Notes: generated from the letters alone by a model not told the origin. DNA of 64,000 nucleotides from an uncultured Gemmatimonadales bacterium (GCA_963828735.1 CAWHFW010000005.1:1184001-1248000); one strand, 5' to 3'. Shown: positions 10,073 to 19,718, counted from the stretch's first letter. Translations and numbers: made by a program.

Positions 10073-10645
10073 ATGGCCGAGCCGACGACCGCCGGGCGCC
10101 AATTCGACGCCGAGGCGCTGCCCCATCTCGATGCACTGTACCGCGTCGCGCTCCGCCTCACCGGTGATCCCACCCAGGCCGAAGACCTCGTCCAGGATAC
10201 CATGCTCAAGGCGTACCGCTCGTGGCAGCAGTATCGCCCCGGGACCAACGCCAAGGGCTGGCTGCTCACCATCCTGCGGAACACGTTCATCAACGACTAC
10301 CGCCGGCGGAAACTCGAGCCGGTGGCCACCGACCTCGAGCTCGTCGAGCCACATGCCATCTACCGGAACGTCGAGGACGTGGATCCGGAAGGCGCCTTCT
10401 TCTCCAAGATCGTGGACGAGAAGGTGCTCGAAGCGGTGGACGCGCTGCCGCCGGAGTTTCGCGAGGTGCTCGTGCTGAGCGATATGGAAGGCCTGAGCTA
10501 TGGCGACATCGCCGACACCCTCAAGATCCCCGTCGGAACCGTCAAGTCGCGGCTCTTCCGAGCCCGGCGACAGCTCCAATCCTCCCTGTACCGCTACGCG
10601 GTCGAGACCGGCATCATCCCGGCCCGGGAGACGCGCGATGAGTGA
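10073..10645 (+). CDS. ECF RNA polymerase sigma factor (SigH/SigR-like)
   Basis: AEDLVQDT, WLLTILRNTFIN, IADTLKIPVGTVKSRLFRAR region 2/4 motifs. Confidence 0.93.
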   Translation: MAEPTTAGRQFDAEALPHLDALYRVALRLTGDPTQAEDLVQDTMLKAYRSWQQYRPGTNAKGWLLTILRNTFINDYRRRKLEPVATDLELVEPHAIYRNVEDVDPEGAFFSKIVDEKVLEAVDALPPEFREVLVLSDMEGLSYGDIADTLKIPVGTVKSRLFRARRQLQSSLYRYAVETGIIPARETRDE

Positions 10646-10886
10646 GAAGATCGACTGCCGCGAGGCCCACGCCCGCCTTCACGACTACCTCAAGCAGGAG
10701 CTCACGTCGGATCTGGCCGCGGAGGTTCAGGCCCACCTCGAGCGCTGCCGGCCCTGCTTCAAGCAGGCCAGGTTCGAGCAGAGCTTCCTGGCGATGCTGG
10801 AGGCGAAGGCCCAGGGCACCTGCTGTCCCAACGCGCTCAAGGCTCGCATCCTGGCCGTGCTCCGCGCCGAGCAGGAGCGCGACTGA
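10638..10886 (+). CDS. zf-HC2 (ZAS) anti-sigma factor
   Basis: C...HLERCRPC (HxxxCxxC); overlaps the sigma stop codon. Confidence 0.88.
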   Translation: MSEKIDCREAHARLHDYLKQELTSDLAAEVQAHLERCRPCFKQARFEQSFLAMLEAKAQGTCCPNALKARILAVLRAEQERD

Positions 10887-11647
10887 CGTCGGTCCTGGTC
10901 GCCGCCGTGGTGGCCCTGCTGGCGTGGCGCGCGGAGACCCTGACGGCGGGCGGCGCGATCGCCGCGGCGGCCGTGGGCACGCTGGTGCTGGTGGGGACGG
11001 GGTGGGCGGGCGGCGCGGTGCTGGCCGCCTTTTTCGTCTCCAGCAGCGTGGTCGGCCGCCTCGCGCCTCGTCCCGGGCGCCCGGATGCCAAGGGCGAGCG
11101 GCGGGACGAGCTCCAGGTCGCGGCCAACGGCGGGCCGGCGGCGCTGGGCGCGCTCCTCGGGCTGCACGAGCCCTCGCTCGGGCTCTGGCTCGTGACCGGG
11201 AGCCTCGCCGCCGCCGCGGCCGACACTTGGAGCACGAGCCTCGGTGCCTTGAGCCGCACGCCGCCGCGTCGCCTCCTGGTGGGCCCACGGGTCCCGGCCG
11301 GCACGAGCGGAGGCATGAGCGTCGTCGGGACGCTGGGCGCGGTCGCCGGGGCGGCGCTCGTGGCGGCCGTCGGCGCGGTCGCCGGGCGCGCGACGGCCCT
11401 CGCGCCGCTCGGAACGCTGGTAGGTTTCGCTGGGATGGCAATCGACTCCCTGCTCGGCGCCGCCTGGCAGGGGCGTTTCCATTGTCCGGCATGCGACGCC
11501 GCGAGCGAGTGGCGGATCCACGGCTGCGGTTCCCGGACCCACTGGAAGGGGGGCATGGCATGGCTGGACAACGATGGGGTCAATCTCGCCGCGACCTCGC
11601 TCGCGGCGCTGCTCGCGGTCGTGGCGTGGCACTCCTGGTCTCATTGA
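10883..11647 (+). CDS. DUF92 family membrane protein
   Basis: QVAANGG, AAAADTWSTSLG, GTSGGMS, DSLLGA, NDGVN motifs; start CTG 10883 or GTG 10907. Confidence 0.85.
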   Translation: MTSVLVAAVVALLAWRAETLTAGGAIAAAAVGTLVLVGTGWAGGAVLAAFFVSSSVVGRLAPRPGRPDAKGERRDELQVAANGGPAALGALLGLHEPSLGLWLVTGSLAAAAADTWSTSLGALSRTPPRRLLVGPRVPAGTSGGMSVVGTLGAVAGAALVAAVGAVAGRATALAPLGTLVGFAGMAIDSLLGAAWQGRFHCPACDAASEWRIHGCGSRTHWKGGMAWLDNDGVNLAATSLAALLAVVAWHSWSH

Positions 11648-12048
11648 TCCTCGCCGCGTCGGCCTGCGGCAACGAAGCCACCGCTCCGAATCCGGTCCGC
11701 CCCGGCAGCGACTTCGGCTCGGGGACCAGCAGCAGCGGCAGCGAGACGGCGACGATCGTAGGGGTGTGGCAGGCCGTGATCGTGGTGCAGGTCCCCGGCG
11801 ACGTCCAGACCTGGACGACGACCTGGCAGTTCGACGCGGACGGAAGCTGTCGCCAGACGCGCGTCACCGAGTCGCTCGCGGAGGGGTTCCCGCGGACGAC
11901 GGTTCTCGCATGCACCTGGACCATCACCGGCACCCAGCTCCAGATCGCCTTCGCGGGCGGGGGCACGCTCGTCATGGAGTTCTCGTTCGCGGGCCTGTCG
12001 CCCGATCGGCTCGTGCTCGATGGCTTCGAGTACCAGCGGCAGTCCTGA
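11626..12048 (+). CDS. Hypothetical lipoprotein (lipocalin-like beta fold)
   Basis: Lipobox-like ILAASA|CG; IVGVW motif; start uncertain. Confidence 0.6.
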   Translation: MALLVSLILAASACGNEATAPNPVRPGSDFGSGTSSSGSETATIVGVWQAVIVVQVPGDVQTWTTTWQFDADGSCRQTRVTESLAEGFPRTTVLACTWTITGTQLQIAFAGGGTLVMEFSFAGLSPDRLVLDGFEYQRQS

Positions 12049-13261
12049 CGCCGACGCGGCCGTCGACGTCCTCGTCGTCGGTGCCGGGCCCGGCGGGAGC
12101 GCGAGCGCCGCGCTGTTCGCCGGGATGGGATACCGCGTCCGCGTCGTGGATCGCGCGGCCTTCCCCCGCGACAAGGCCTGCTCGGAGTACATGAGCCCGG
12201 AAACGGTCCGGCTGCTCGAGCGGTTCGGCGTGATGCCCGCGCTCGAGGCGGCGGGCGCCCCGCTTCACGGCACGGTGGTGACCGCGGCTCGGGGCAGCCG
12301 CCTGCACGGCCGGTTCGCGCTCGCCGGGCCACCGCCGTCCCGACCGACGGGGCTCTCGGTATCGCGCCGCATCCTGGACCACGCGCTCCTGGACGCGGCG
12401 CGGCAGGCCGGCGCCGAGGTGTCGGAGCGCACCGCCGTGGACGAGCTGCTCTACGATCGCGGCGCCGTGGCCGGCGTCGTCGCCCGCGACCACGAGGGCC
12501 GTCGCCGCACCATGCGGGCACGGCTCACGGTCGGCGCCGATGGGCTGCGCTCCGTCGTCGCCCGGCGGATCGGCCGGCGCCGGCACGGGCAGCCCCGCCG
12601 ACTCGCGTTCGTCGCCCACGTCGATGGCGTGACGGGCATGGACGGCTCGGCAGAGCTCCACGTCGGCCCGCACGGCTACGCGGGACTCAACCTGATCGGC
12701 GGGGAGCGCACCAACGTCGCGCTGGTGGTCCCGGCCATCCGGGCCGTCGAGGCGCGTGGGAGGAGAGAGGCCTTCTTTCGAGAGGCGCTCGACGCGTTCC
12801 CGGGCGTGGCCGCGCGCGTCGGCGGCGGCCGCCTGGTGCGGAAGGTGCTCACCACCGGGCCGTTCGCCGCCTGGTCGGGACGAGTCGTCGCCGACGGCGC
12901 GGCCCTGGTGGGCGATGCGGCGGACTTCTTCGATCCGTTCACGGGCGAGGGGATCTACAGCGCGCTGCTGGGCGCCACGCTCCTCGCCGACACCGCGGGT
13001 CGAGCTCTCGACGGGCGCGGCCCGGTCACCGCCGGACAGCTCGCGGCGTATCGGCGCGCCCGCCGGCGGGCCTTCGCCGGCAAATGGGCGGTGGAGCGGC
13101 TGATCGGCTACGGCATGCTCTTTCCGGCGCTCTTCGATCGCGCCGTCGAGCGACTCGGCCGCCGGCCCGGCATGGCCGACACGCTCGTGGGCGTCACCGG
13201 CGACTTCGTGCCCGCCCGCCGGGTGCTCAACCCGCTGTTCCTCGCGAGGATGCTGCTCTGA
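12020..13261 (+). CDS. FAD-dependent oxidoreductase, geranylgeranyl-reductase family
   Basis: VVGAGPGG, FPRDKAC, VGADG, LVGDAADFFDPFTGEGI. Confidence 0.88.
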   Translation: MASSTSGSPDADAAVDVLVVGAGPGGSASAALFAGMGYRVRVVDRAAFPRDKACSEYMSPETVRLLERFGVMPALEAAGAPLHGTVVTAARGSRLHGRFALAGPPPSRPTGLSVSRRILDHALLDAARQAGAEVSERTAVDELLYDRGAVAGVVARDHEGRRRTMRARLTVGADGLRSVVARRIGRRRHGQPRRLAFVAHVDGVTGMDGSAELHVGPHGYAGLNLIGGERTNVALVVPAIRAVEARGRREAFFREALDAFPGVAARVGGGRLVRKVLTTGPFAAWSGRVVADGAALVGDAADFFDPFTGEGIYSALLGATLLADTAGRALDGRGPVTAGQLAAYRRARRRAFAGKWAVERLIGYGMLFPALFDRAVERLGRRPGMADTLVGVTGDFVPARRVLNPLFLARMLL

Positions 13262-13740
13262 GCCAGACCGCGATCGATCCCGCACGCTTCCGCCAGCTGC
13301 TCGGCCGCTTCGCGACGGGCGTCACCGTTCTCACGGTGCGCGATCCCTCGGGGCAGCCGGCGGGGATGACCGCGAGCAGCCTGGCCTCCGTGTCGCTCGA
13401 GCCGCCGCTCGTCTCGGTGTGCGTGGACCACACGGCCGACCTGCACGACCTCATCATCGCCGCGCCCGAATTCGTGGTGAACGTGCTGGAGAGCGCCCAG
13501 GAGGAGCTCTCGCGGCGCTTCGCCGACCAGCATGACGACCGGTTCGCCGGCGTGGGCTACCACCTCGGACCCGACGGCCAAATCCGGCTGGACGGCACGC
13601 TGGCGCACATCGAGTGCGAGCGGTTCGCCACCTATCCTGCCGGCGACCACACGATCGTGATCGGTCGGGTGATCGGAGGCGACGCGCACGACGGGCATCC
13701 TCTCCTCTACTATCGCGGCGGCTACGCCGCCCTCACGTGA
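13258..13740 (+). CDS. Flavin reductase family protein
   Basis: FRQLLGRFATGVTV, SVSLEPPLV, GDHTIVIGRV, PLLYYRGGY; probable CTG start. Confidence 0.88.
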   Translation: MSQTAIDPARFRQLLGRFATGVTVLTVRDPSGQPAGMTASSLASVSLEPPLVSVCVDHTADLHDLIIAAPEFVVNVLESAQEELSRRFADQHDDRFAGVGYHLGPDGQIRLDGTLAHIECERFATYPAGDHTIVIGRVIGGDAHDGHPLLYYRGGYAALT

Positions 13741-14444
13741 CGTCGCTCGAGCCCCTGGCCGTGAGCGGTGTGGGTGCCGAGCTGCTCGACGATCCGACGG
13801 CCGATCCGGTGACGGTCGCCGCCTCGCTCCGGGACATCTCGCGGGCCAACCGATGGTTCGGCGGCGCGGCCGCGATGCGCCGAGGCCTGCGGAGCGCGCT
13901 GGACGGCGTTCCACCCGGATCGGTGCTCACCCTGGCGGACCTCGGAACCGGCCTCGGCGATCTGCCCCGCGCGGCGATGCACTGGGCGGCACGCCGGGGC
14001 CTCCGGATCGTGCCCGTCGGCCTCGAGCGGAGCCCGGTGGCGGCTCGTCTCGCGCGGGACGGCGGACTGCCGTGCGTCGTGGGCTGCGCGGGGATCGCGC
14101 CGTTTCGGGACAAGTCCGTGGATGTCGTGATCGTGAGCCAGGTAGTGCACCACCTGGCTCACGATTCGGCGGTCCGGCTCTTCCAGGCCTGTGACCGCCT
14201 CGCCCGCCGCGCGGTGGTGGTAGCCGACCTCCGTCGCGGCTGGCTTGGCCCGCTCACCTTCTGGGTCGGCGCCCGGGCGCTCCGGTTCGACCCCGTGACG
14301 GTGGCCGACGGCATGACCTCGCTCCGCCGCGGCTACACCGCGGCGGAGCTCCGTGCCCTGCTCGAGGCGGCCGGCGTTCGCGCAACGGTTGAGCGGCGTC
14401 CGGGCTATCGCCTCGTCGCCACCTGGCGCCCCGTGGCGTCCTGA
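13737..14444 (+). CDS. Class I SAM-dependent methyltransferase domain protein
   Basis: ADLGTGLGD SAM motif, VVHHL, DLRR, DGMTSLRRGYT. Confidence 0.82.
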   Translation: MTSLEPLAVSGVGAELLDDPTADPVTVAASLRDISRANRWFGGAAAMRRGLRSALDGVPPGSVLTLADLGTGLGDLPRAAMHWAARRGLRIVPVGLERSPVAARLARDGGLPCVVGCAGIAPFRDKSVDVVIVSQVVHHLAHDSAVRLFQACDRLARRAVVVADLRRGWLGPLTFWVGARALRFDPVTVADGMTSLRRGYTAAELRALLEAAGVRATVERRPGYRLVATWRPVAS

Positions 14445-14902
14445 TGCGGACCGTCGACGCCATCCGGATGCGTGCGCCGGCCGCGCGGGTGCTCGAGGCC
14501 GCGGTGGACGTCGAGCGCTGGCCCGCGCTCCTGCCCCACTACCGCTGGGTGCGCCGCCTCGAGCGTGAGGGCGACGGCGGCCTGGTGGAGATGGCGGCCT
14601 GGCGACCGTTTGGCCCGGTCAGGTATCCGACGTGGTGGGTATCGGAGATGCGCGTGGACCGCGCGGCGCATGCGGTGCACTACCGCCACGTGCGCGGCGT
14701 CACGACGGGGATGGACGTGGTGTGGCAGATAGCGTCCGTCGGCGAGGCGACCGACGTGACGATCGTGCACGAGTGGACCGGGCCGCGGTGGCCGCTGATC
14801 GGAAGCGCTGCCGCCGCATGGGTGATCGGCCCGGTGTTCATCCATGGAATCGCATCGCGGACGCTCGAAGGCATCCGGCGGGCGGTTGAGAGGGAGACAT
14901 GA
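14444..14902 (+). CDS. SRPBCC/polyketide cyclase-aromatase family protein
   Basis: DVERWPALLPHY; GMDVVW; VTIVHEW START-fold pattern. Confidence 0.78.
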   Translation: MRTVDAIRMRAPAARVLEAAVDVERWPALLPHYRWVRRLEREGDGGLVEMAAWRPFGPVRYPTWWVSEMRVDRAAHAVHYRHVRGVTTGMDVVWQIASVGEATDVTIVHEWTGPRWPLIGSAAAAWVIGPVFIHGIASRTLEGIRRAVERET

Positions 14903-16146
14903 GCGAGCCGCGGCGGGTGGTGGTGACGGGCATCGGGGCGATCACGCCCATCGGACTGGGGGTGGACGGGCTGTGGGACGGACTGCGGCGACGGACGTCG
15001 GCGGTCCGCTGCATCACGCGGTTCGATCCGACCGTGTTCAAGTCGCGGATCGCCGGCGAAGTCCCGGATTTCGTGCCGACGGACCACATCGAGGAGCGCC
15101 GAGCCCGGCGCCTCGACCGGTACTCCCAGTTCACCATTGCCGCCACCCGTCTGGCGTTGGGCGACGCGGCGCTCGATCTCAAGCGCGAGGATCCCGATCG
15201 GGTCGGGGCCATGATGGGCACCGCGCTGGGCGGCGTGGCCCATGGCGAGCAGAACTACCACGCGTTCCTCACCGAGGGGCCACGCGCGGTCGATCCCGCG
15301 CTCGCCCTCACCGTCTTCGCTGGCGCCGCCAGCTGCAACATCGCAATCGAATTCGGGTGCACCGGCCCCAACTCCACCAACGGGATGAGCTGCGCGTCCG
15401 GCGCGATCGCGATCGGCGACGGATTTCGTGCCATCGTCCGCGGCGACGCCGACGTGATGATCACCGGCGGGGCCGAGGCCCCGCTCGCGCCGCTCTGCTT
15501 CGGCGCCTTCGCGATCATTCGGGCGATGTCCACCCGCAATGACGATCCCGCCCACGCGAGCCGCCCGTTCGACGCGGGACGTGACGGCTTCGTCATGGCC
15601 GAGGGGGCGGCGGTGTTGGTGCTCGAAGAACGCGGGCGAGCATTGGCGCGTGGCGCGCCGGTGTACGCCGAGATCTGCGGGTTCGGGTTGACCAACGACG
15701 CGCATCACATGACGGCGCCCCGGCCGGATGGGCGCCAGGCCGCGCGCGCCATGCAGAACGCGCTGACCGAGGCGCACGTCTCGCCGGGCGAGGTGGGCTA
15801 CATCAATGCGCACGGCTCGTCCACGCCGCTGAACGACCCGACCGAGACCTCGTCGATCAAGCAGGTCTTCGGCGACAGCGCGTACCGGGTCCCCCTGAGT
15901 GGGACCAAGGGATACTACGGCCACGCGCTCGGCGCGAGCGGCGCGATCGAGGCGGCGATCTGCGCGCTGGCGGCGCGGCGGGGCTGGCTGCCGCCCACCG
16001 TCAACCTGGAGACGCCGGACCCCGCGTGCGATCTTCCGCTGGTCGTGGGCGATGGCCGCGACCTCACGCCAGACATCATCCTCAGCAATTCGTTCGGGTT
16101 CGGGGGCATCAACGCGGCGCTGGTGTTTCGGCGGATGGATGCCTAG
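14899..16146 (+). CDS. fabF: Beta-ketoacyl-ACP synthase II-like ketosynthase
   Basis: RVVVTGIG, SCASG (catalytic Cys), INAHGSST, GHALGASG, SNSFGFGGINA; C-H-H triad intact. Confidence 0.88.
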   Translation: MSEPRRVVVTGIGAITPIGLGVDGLWDGLRRRTSAVRCITRFDPTVFKSRIAGEVPDFVPTDHIEERRARRLDRYSQFTIAATRLALGDAALDLKREDPDRVGAMMGTALGGVAHGEQNYHAFLTEGPRAVDPALALTVFAGAASCNIAIEFGCTGPNSTNGMSCASGAIAIGDGFRAIVRGDADVMITGGAEAPLAPLCFGAFAIIRAMSTRNDDPAHASRPFDAGRDGFVMAEGAAVLVLEERGRALARGAPVYAEICGFGLTNDAHHMTAPRPDGRQAARAMQNALTEAHVSPGEVGYINAHGSSTPLNDPTETSSIKQVFGDSAYRVPLSGTKGYYGHALGASGAIEAAICALAARRGWLPPTVNLETPDPACDLPLVVGDGRDLTPDIILSNSFGFGGINAALVFRRMDA

Positions 16147-16188
16147 ATTCGCGCCGTCCCTTTCCCGACACATCAAAAAGGATCGCTG

Positions 16189-16872
16189 ATGTCTTCGCTG
16201 CTTCGACGCTCGCTCGCTGAAGCCTTGGGTACCTTCGCGCTGGTGTTCATCGGCGTCGGTTCCGTCGCCGCCAAGTACTATCCCGACGCCAACTACGGGA
16301 TCTACGGGATCGCGACCGCGCACGCGATGGTGCTGGCCGTCATGATCACGGCCACGATGGCCATCTCGGGCGGCCACCTGAATCCGGCCGTGACGGTGGG
16401 CCTGCTGGTGGCGCGCCGGACCGATGGTCGCACCGCCGGGGCGTACATCGTCGCGCAGCTCCTGGGTGCCGTCCTCGCCGCGCTCGCCGTAAAGGCCATC
16501 TTCCCGCTCGGCGTTACCCGCCCCATCGCACTCGGCACGCCGAGCATCGCGAGCAATATCCAGATCACCCAGGCAATCGCGCTCGAGGCGGTGCTGACGT
16601 TCTTCCTGGTGTCGGCCGTGTTCGGCACGTGCGTCAACGCCGAGGCGCCGAAGGTCGGCGGGTTCGGCGTGGGCCTGGTGCTCTGGTTCGACATCATCGT
16701 CGGCGGCCCGCTCACCGGCGCGGCGATGAATCCCGCGCGGGCCTTCGGCCCGGCGCTGGTGGCCGGCCAGTGGGTGGCCCACATCGTGTACTGGGTGGGG
16801 CCTCTGCTCGGCGCGATCGTCGCGGCGCTCCTGTGGGAGCACGTGCTGCTGCCGCCGCGCGAGCGGAAATAG
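16189..16872 (+). CDS. MIP/aquaporin family channel
   Basis: SGGHLNPAVT and AMNPARAFGP NPA motifs. Confidence 0.93.
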   Translation: MSSLLRRSLAEALGTFALVFIGVGSVAAKYYPDANYGIYGIATAHAMVLAVMITATMAISGGHLNPAVTVGLLVARRTDGRTAGAYIVAQLLGAVLAALAVKAIFPLGVTRPIALGTPSIASNIQITQAIALEAVLTFFLVSAVFGTCVNAEAPKVGGFGVGLVLWFDIIVGGPLTGAAMNPARAFGPALVAGQWVAHIVYWVGPLLGAIVAALLWEHVLLPPRERK

Positions 16873-16906
16873 CGGAAGGTCACGAAGCGCCGGACCCGGT
16901 CCCGAA

Positions 16907-16967
16907 CGAAGCGAGGGATCTTCCTGACCGGTCTCCGAACCGGGCGGGAAGATCCCTCGTCGCTTCG
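16907..16967. repeat. REP-like imperfect palindrome between convergent genes
   Basis: CGAAGCGAGGGATCTTCC ... GGAAGATCCCTCG[TCG]CTTCG. Confidence 0.6.
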
Positions 16968-17062
16968 ATGACGGCTTCCGACGGCCGGCGCCCATCGCCC
17001 GCGCCGACTTCTCGGGGAGCATCGGGGGTTCGCGCGCACGCCTTCCCGAGCCCCCACATCGC

Positions 17063-17185
17063 CTACCCCCGCAGTGCCCGCTTCACCCGTCCCACCAGCG
17101 ACACCAGGTACCCCACCAGGATCACCGGGGCGACAATGTACGCGGCCAGCATGTACCCCGCGTTGTGAGGAGGCTCAGACAGCAT
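17063..17185 (-). CDS. ccmD: CcmD-like small membrane protein (40 aa, absent from ORF track)
   Basis: MLSEPPHNAGYMLAAYIVAPVILVGYLVSLVGRVKRALRG; single TM helix, basic tail; overlaps the ccmC end. Confidence 0.6.
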   Translation of the reverse strand: MLSEPPHNAGYMLAAYIVAPVILVGYLVSLVGRVKRALRG

Positions 17186-17873
17186 CGGTCGCCTCGTCTC
17201 GCGCGTCCTCGGCCAAGGCCAGGCCGTAGCGCAACGTCACCAGGCCGATGTACAGCAGGGTGAACACCAGCATCGAGATCAACAGCGTGCGCAGCATCTC
17301 GGGCGGGAGCGACGGCGCGCTCGGCTTGAGGACCACCGGTTGCGGATGGAGCGTCCGGAACAGATAGACGCTCAGATGAATGAAGGGCACGAGCAGCATG
17401 CCGAGAATGCCGACCACCGCGCTGAACCGAGCCCGCTCGGCCGGATCGTGCACCGAGGCGCGGAGGGCCAGGTAGCCGACGAAGAGGAAGAACAGGAACA
17501 GCGTCAGCGTGAGGCGGGCATCCCAGGTCCACCAGGTGCCCCAGATCGGCTTGGCCCAGATCGGCCCCGTCGTGAGCATGACGGCGCTGAATGCCACGCC
17601 GACCTCCGCCGAGGCGGCGGCGAACCGGTCCAGTCGCGGGTCATGCAGCCAGAGGTAGAGCGCGGAGGTGAGGCCCACCAGCATGAAGGCCATCAGCGCG
17701 CACCACGCGGCGGGCACGTGAAGATAGAAGATCTTCTGCGCCACGCCCTGGCGAGCCTCGATGGGCGTGTAGCGCAGCGCCAACACGTACACGCCCGCGA
17801 GTCCCACCAGGGCCGCCACGCTGATGCGGAGTCCGCGCCGCGTCAGCGCGCGCGCCGCTTCGGCCGTCGTCAT
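17175..17873 (-). CDS. ccmC: Heme exporter/cytochrome c maturation protein C
   Basis: KIFYLHVP, WAKPIWGTWWTWDARLT (WWD domain), RTLHP. Confidence 0.92.
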   Translation of the reverse strand: MTTAEAARALTRRGLRISVAALVGLAGVYVLALRYTPIEARQGVAQKIFYLHVPAAWCALMAFMLVGLTSALYLWLHDPRLDRFAAASAEVGVAFSAVMLTTGPIWAKPIWGTWWTWDARLTLTLFLFFLFVGYLALRASVHDPAERARFSAVVGILGMLLVPFIHLSVYLFRTLHPQPVVLKPSAPSLPPEMLRTLLISMLVFTLLYIGLVTLRYGLALAEDARDEATDAV

Positions 17874-18551
17874 TCGTCCACCACCGCCGCGAAGGCCATC
17901 GTGCAGAGGGTCACGAACACCACGTCGTAGAGAGCAAGGAGTCTAAGCCATCCCAGCATCTCGCTCAACGGACGTCCGGCGAGCAGGCGCGAGGTGACCT
18001 GCACGGCGCCGATGAGCGGCGGCACCATGAACGGCAGCAGCAGCACCGGCAACATGAGCTCGGCGAACCGGGTGCGCACGGCCATCGCGCTGAAGATGGT
18101 GCCCACCGAGACGAAGCCAATGGTGGCCAGGGCCGTCACCCCGACGATGCCCGGAAGCGAGGCGCTCAGATCCACGTTGAAGAAGAGCACGAACAGTGGC
18201 AGCGTCACCGCCTCGACGGTGCCGACGAAGGCCAGATTGGCCAGCAGCTTGCCCAGGAACAGCGCGCCGCGCGGCACCGGCGCGAGCAGCAGGCCGTCCA
18301 GGGCGCCGTTCTCGCGCTCGATGGTGAAGGCGCGGTTGAGCGCGACCATCGCCGCCAGCGCGAAGGTCACCCACAGGACGCTCGGCGCCAGATCGGTCGC
18401 GGCCAGCGCCGTCGGGTCCCGCGCGAAGTTGAACACGACGAGGACGCAGGGCCGCGAAGACGACCGCCGACAGCAGCGCCGTGCGGCTCCGCAGCTCGGC
18501 CCGAATGTCCTTGCCCGCGATGGCGAGCGCGAGCCGGAGCGCGTCAGGCAC
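17870..18551 (-). CDS. ccmB: Heme exporter protein B (apparent +1 frameshift near 18446)
   Basis: N-terminus KDIRAELRSR in one frame; LNRAFTIERENGALDGLLLAP, LPVLLLP in another; one extra base in GCC CTG C GTC. Confidence 0.85.
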
Positions 18552-19263
18552 TGATCCACTCCCGGTAGCGCGGGAGAAACGCGGCGAGCGATCCCGCCCT
18601 GGCCTCGTCGCACACCCAGCGGCCGTCCACCATCACCGCGATGCGTGTCGCCAGGTCCCACACCTCCGCCAGATGGTGGGTGACGACCACGAGCCCCAGG
18701 CCCTCGTCGCGGCGCGCGCTCAGGTCCGCGCGCAGGCGATCGGCCGACGGCGCGTCGAGCGCCGTGAAGGGCTCGTCCAGCAGCAGCACCCGCGGGCCGT
18801 GAAGCAATGCCCGCGCGATGGCGGCCCGCTGAAGCAGGCCGCGGCTCAGCCTGCGCGGCAGGTCGCCCGCCCGCGCCTCGAGGCCGGCGGACTCGAGCGC
18901 GCGCCGGGCGGCGGCGGCGGGGCGTTCGAGCCCGTACAGCCGCGCGGCGAACGTGAGATTCTCCGCCAGCGTGAGGTCGTCGTAGAGGAGCGACTGGTGC
19001 GACAGCAGTCCGATTGCCCGTCGCGTCTCGGCGCTGCCGCCGGCGAGCGAACGCCCGAGCACGCGCACCTCGCCGGCAGCGGGTCGCATGAGCCCGGCGA
19101 GCACCCGCAGCAGCGTGCTCTTCCCCGCGCCGTTCGGACCCGCCACGGCCAGCACCTCGCCCGGGGCGAGGGTCAGCGTGATGTCGTTGAGGACGCGGAC
19201 GCGGCCGAAGGAGCGGCGGATGCCCCGGGCGGCAAGAAGAGGCTCGCCGTCATGAGACGGCAT
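18544..19263 (-). CDS. ccmA: Heme exporter ATP-binding protein A
   Basis: GPNGAGKST, LSRGLLQR, LLLDEPFTALD; adjacent to ccmB. Confidence 0.88.
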   Translation of the reverse strand: MPSHDGEPLLAARGIRRSFGRVRVLNDITLTLAPGEVLAVAGPNGAGKSTLLRVLAGLMRPAAGEVRVLGRSLAGGSAETRRAIGLLSHQSLLYDDLTLAENLTFAARLYGLERPAAAARRALESAGLEARAGDLPRRLSRGLLQRAAIARALLHGPRVLLLDEPFTALDAPSADRLRADLSARRDEGLGLVVVTHHLAEVWDLATRIAVMVDGRWVCDEARAGSLAAFLPRYREWISA

Positions 19264-19618
19264 CGATGCGCGCGCCGAGCTCGTCGAGACGGAAGGGTTT
19301 GACGATGTAACCGGAGTGGGGGAGATTGAGAACCTTGAGCTGGGGTTCGATGCTCATGTAGGCGGTGGTGATGATGACGGGAAGGTCCGGCTGGGTCAGG
19401 CGGATGCGCCGCAACAGCTCGACGCCGTCGGTATCCGGGAGCCGCATGTCGAGCACGGCCACGTCGGGGGGCTGCTGCTCGAGCAGCTCGAGCGCTTCGG
19501 CGCCGGTCGAAGCGAAGACCAGGTCGTAACGTGGCTGGAACGCGCGCTCGTAGCTCAGTCGCAACGCGGGCTCGTCCTCGACGATCAGGACGCGCCGGCG
19601 GCGCTTTCTCTGCGTCAT
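19250..19618 (-). CDS. Single-domain response regulator
   Basis: VLIVEDE, VLDMRLP, ITTA, VKPF. Confidence 0.85.
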   Translation of the reverse strand: MTQRKRRRRVLIVEDEPALRLSYERAFQPRYDLVFASTGAEALELLEQQPPDVAVLDMRLPDTDGVELLRRIRLTQPDLPVIITTAYMSIEPQLKVLNLPHSGYIVKPFRLDELGARIDAVS

Positions 19619-19718
19619 GCCGCGTACTCCGCAAACCGGTGCCCAACGGCGACCGCTGAGTGATGGGGGCCAGCGGGATACCATAACCGGTTGCGGAGGA
19701 GCCGTCCATAGCACGAGG

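Noticed and set aside
14899..16146. Canonical type II aromatic PKS
   Set aside because: No chain-length factor or ACP gene adjacent; KS motifs are FabF-like.
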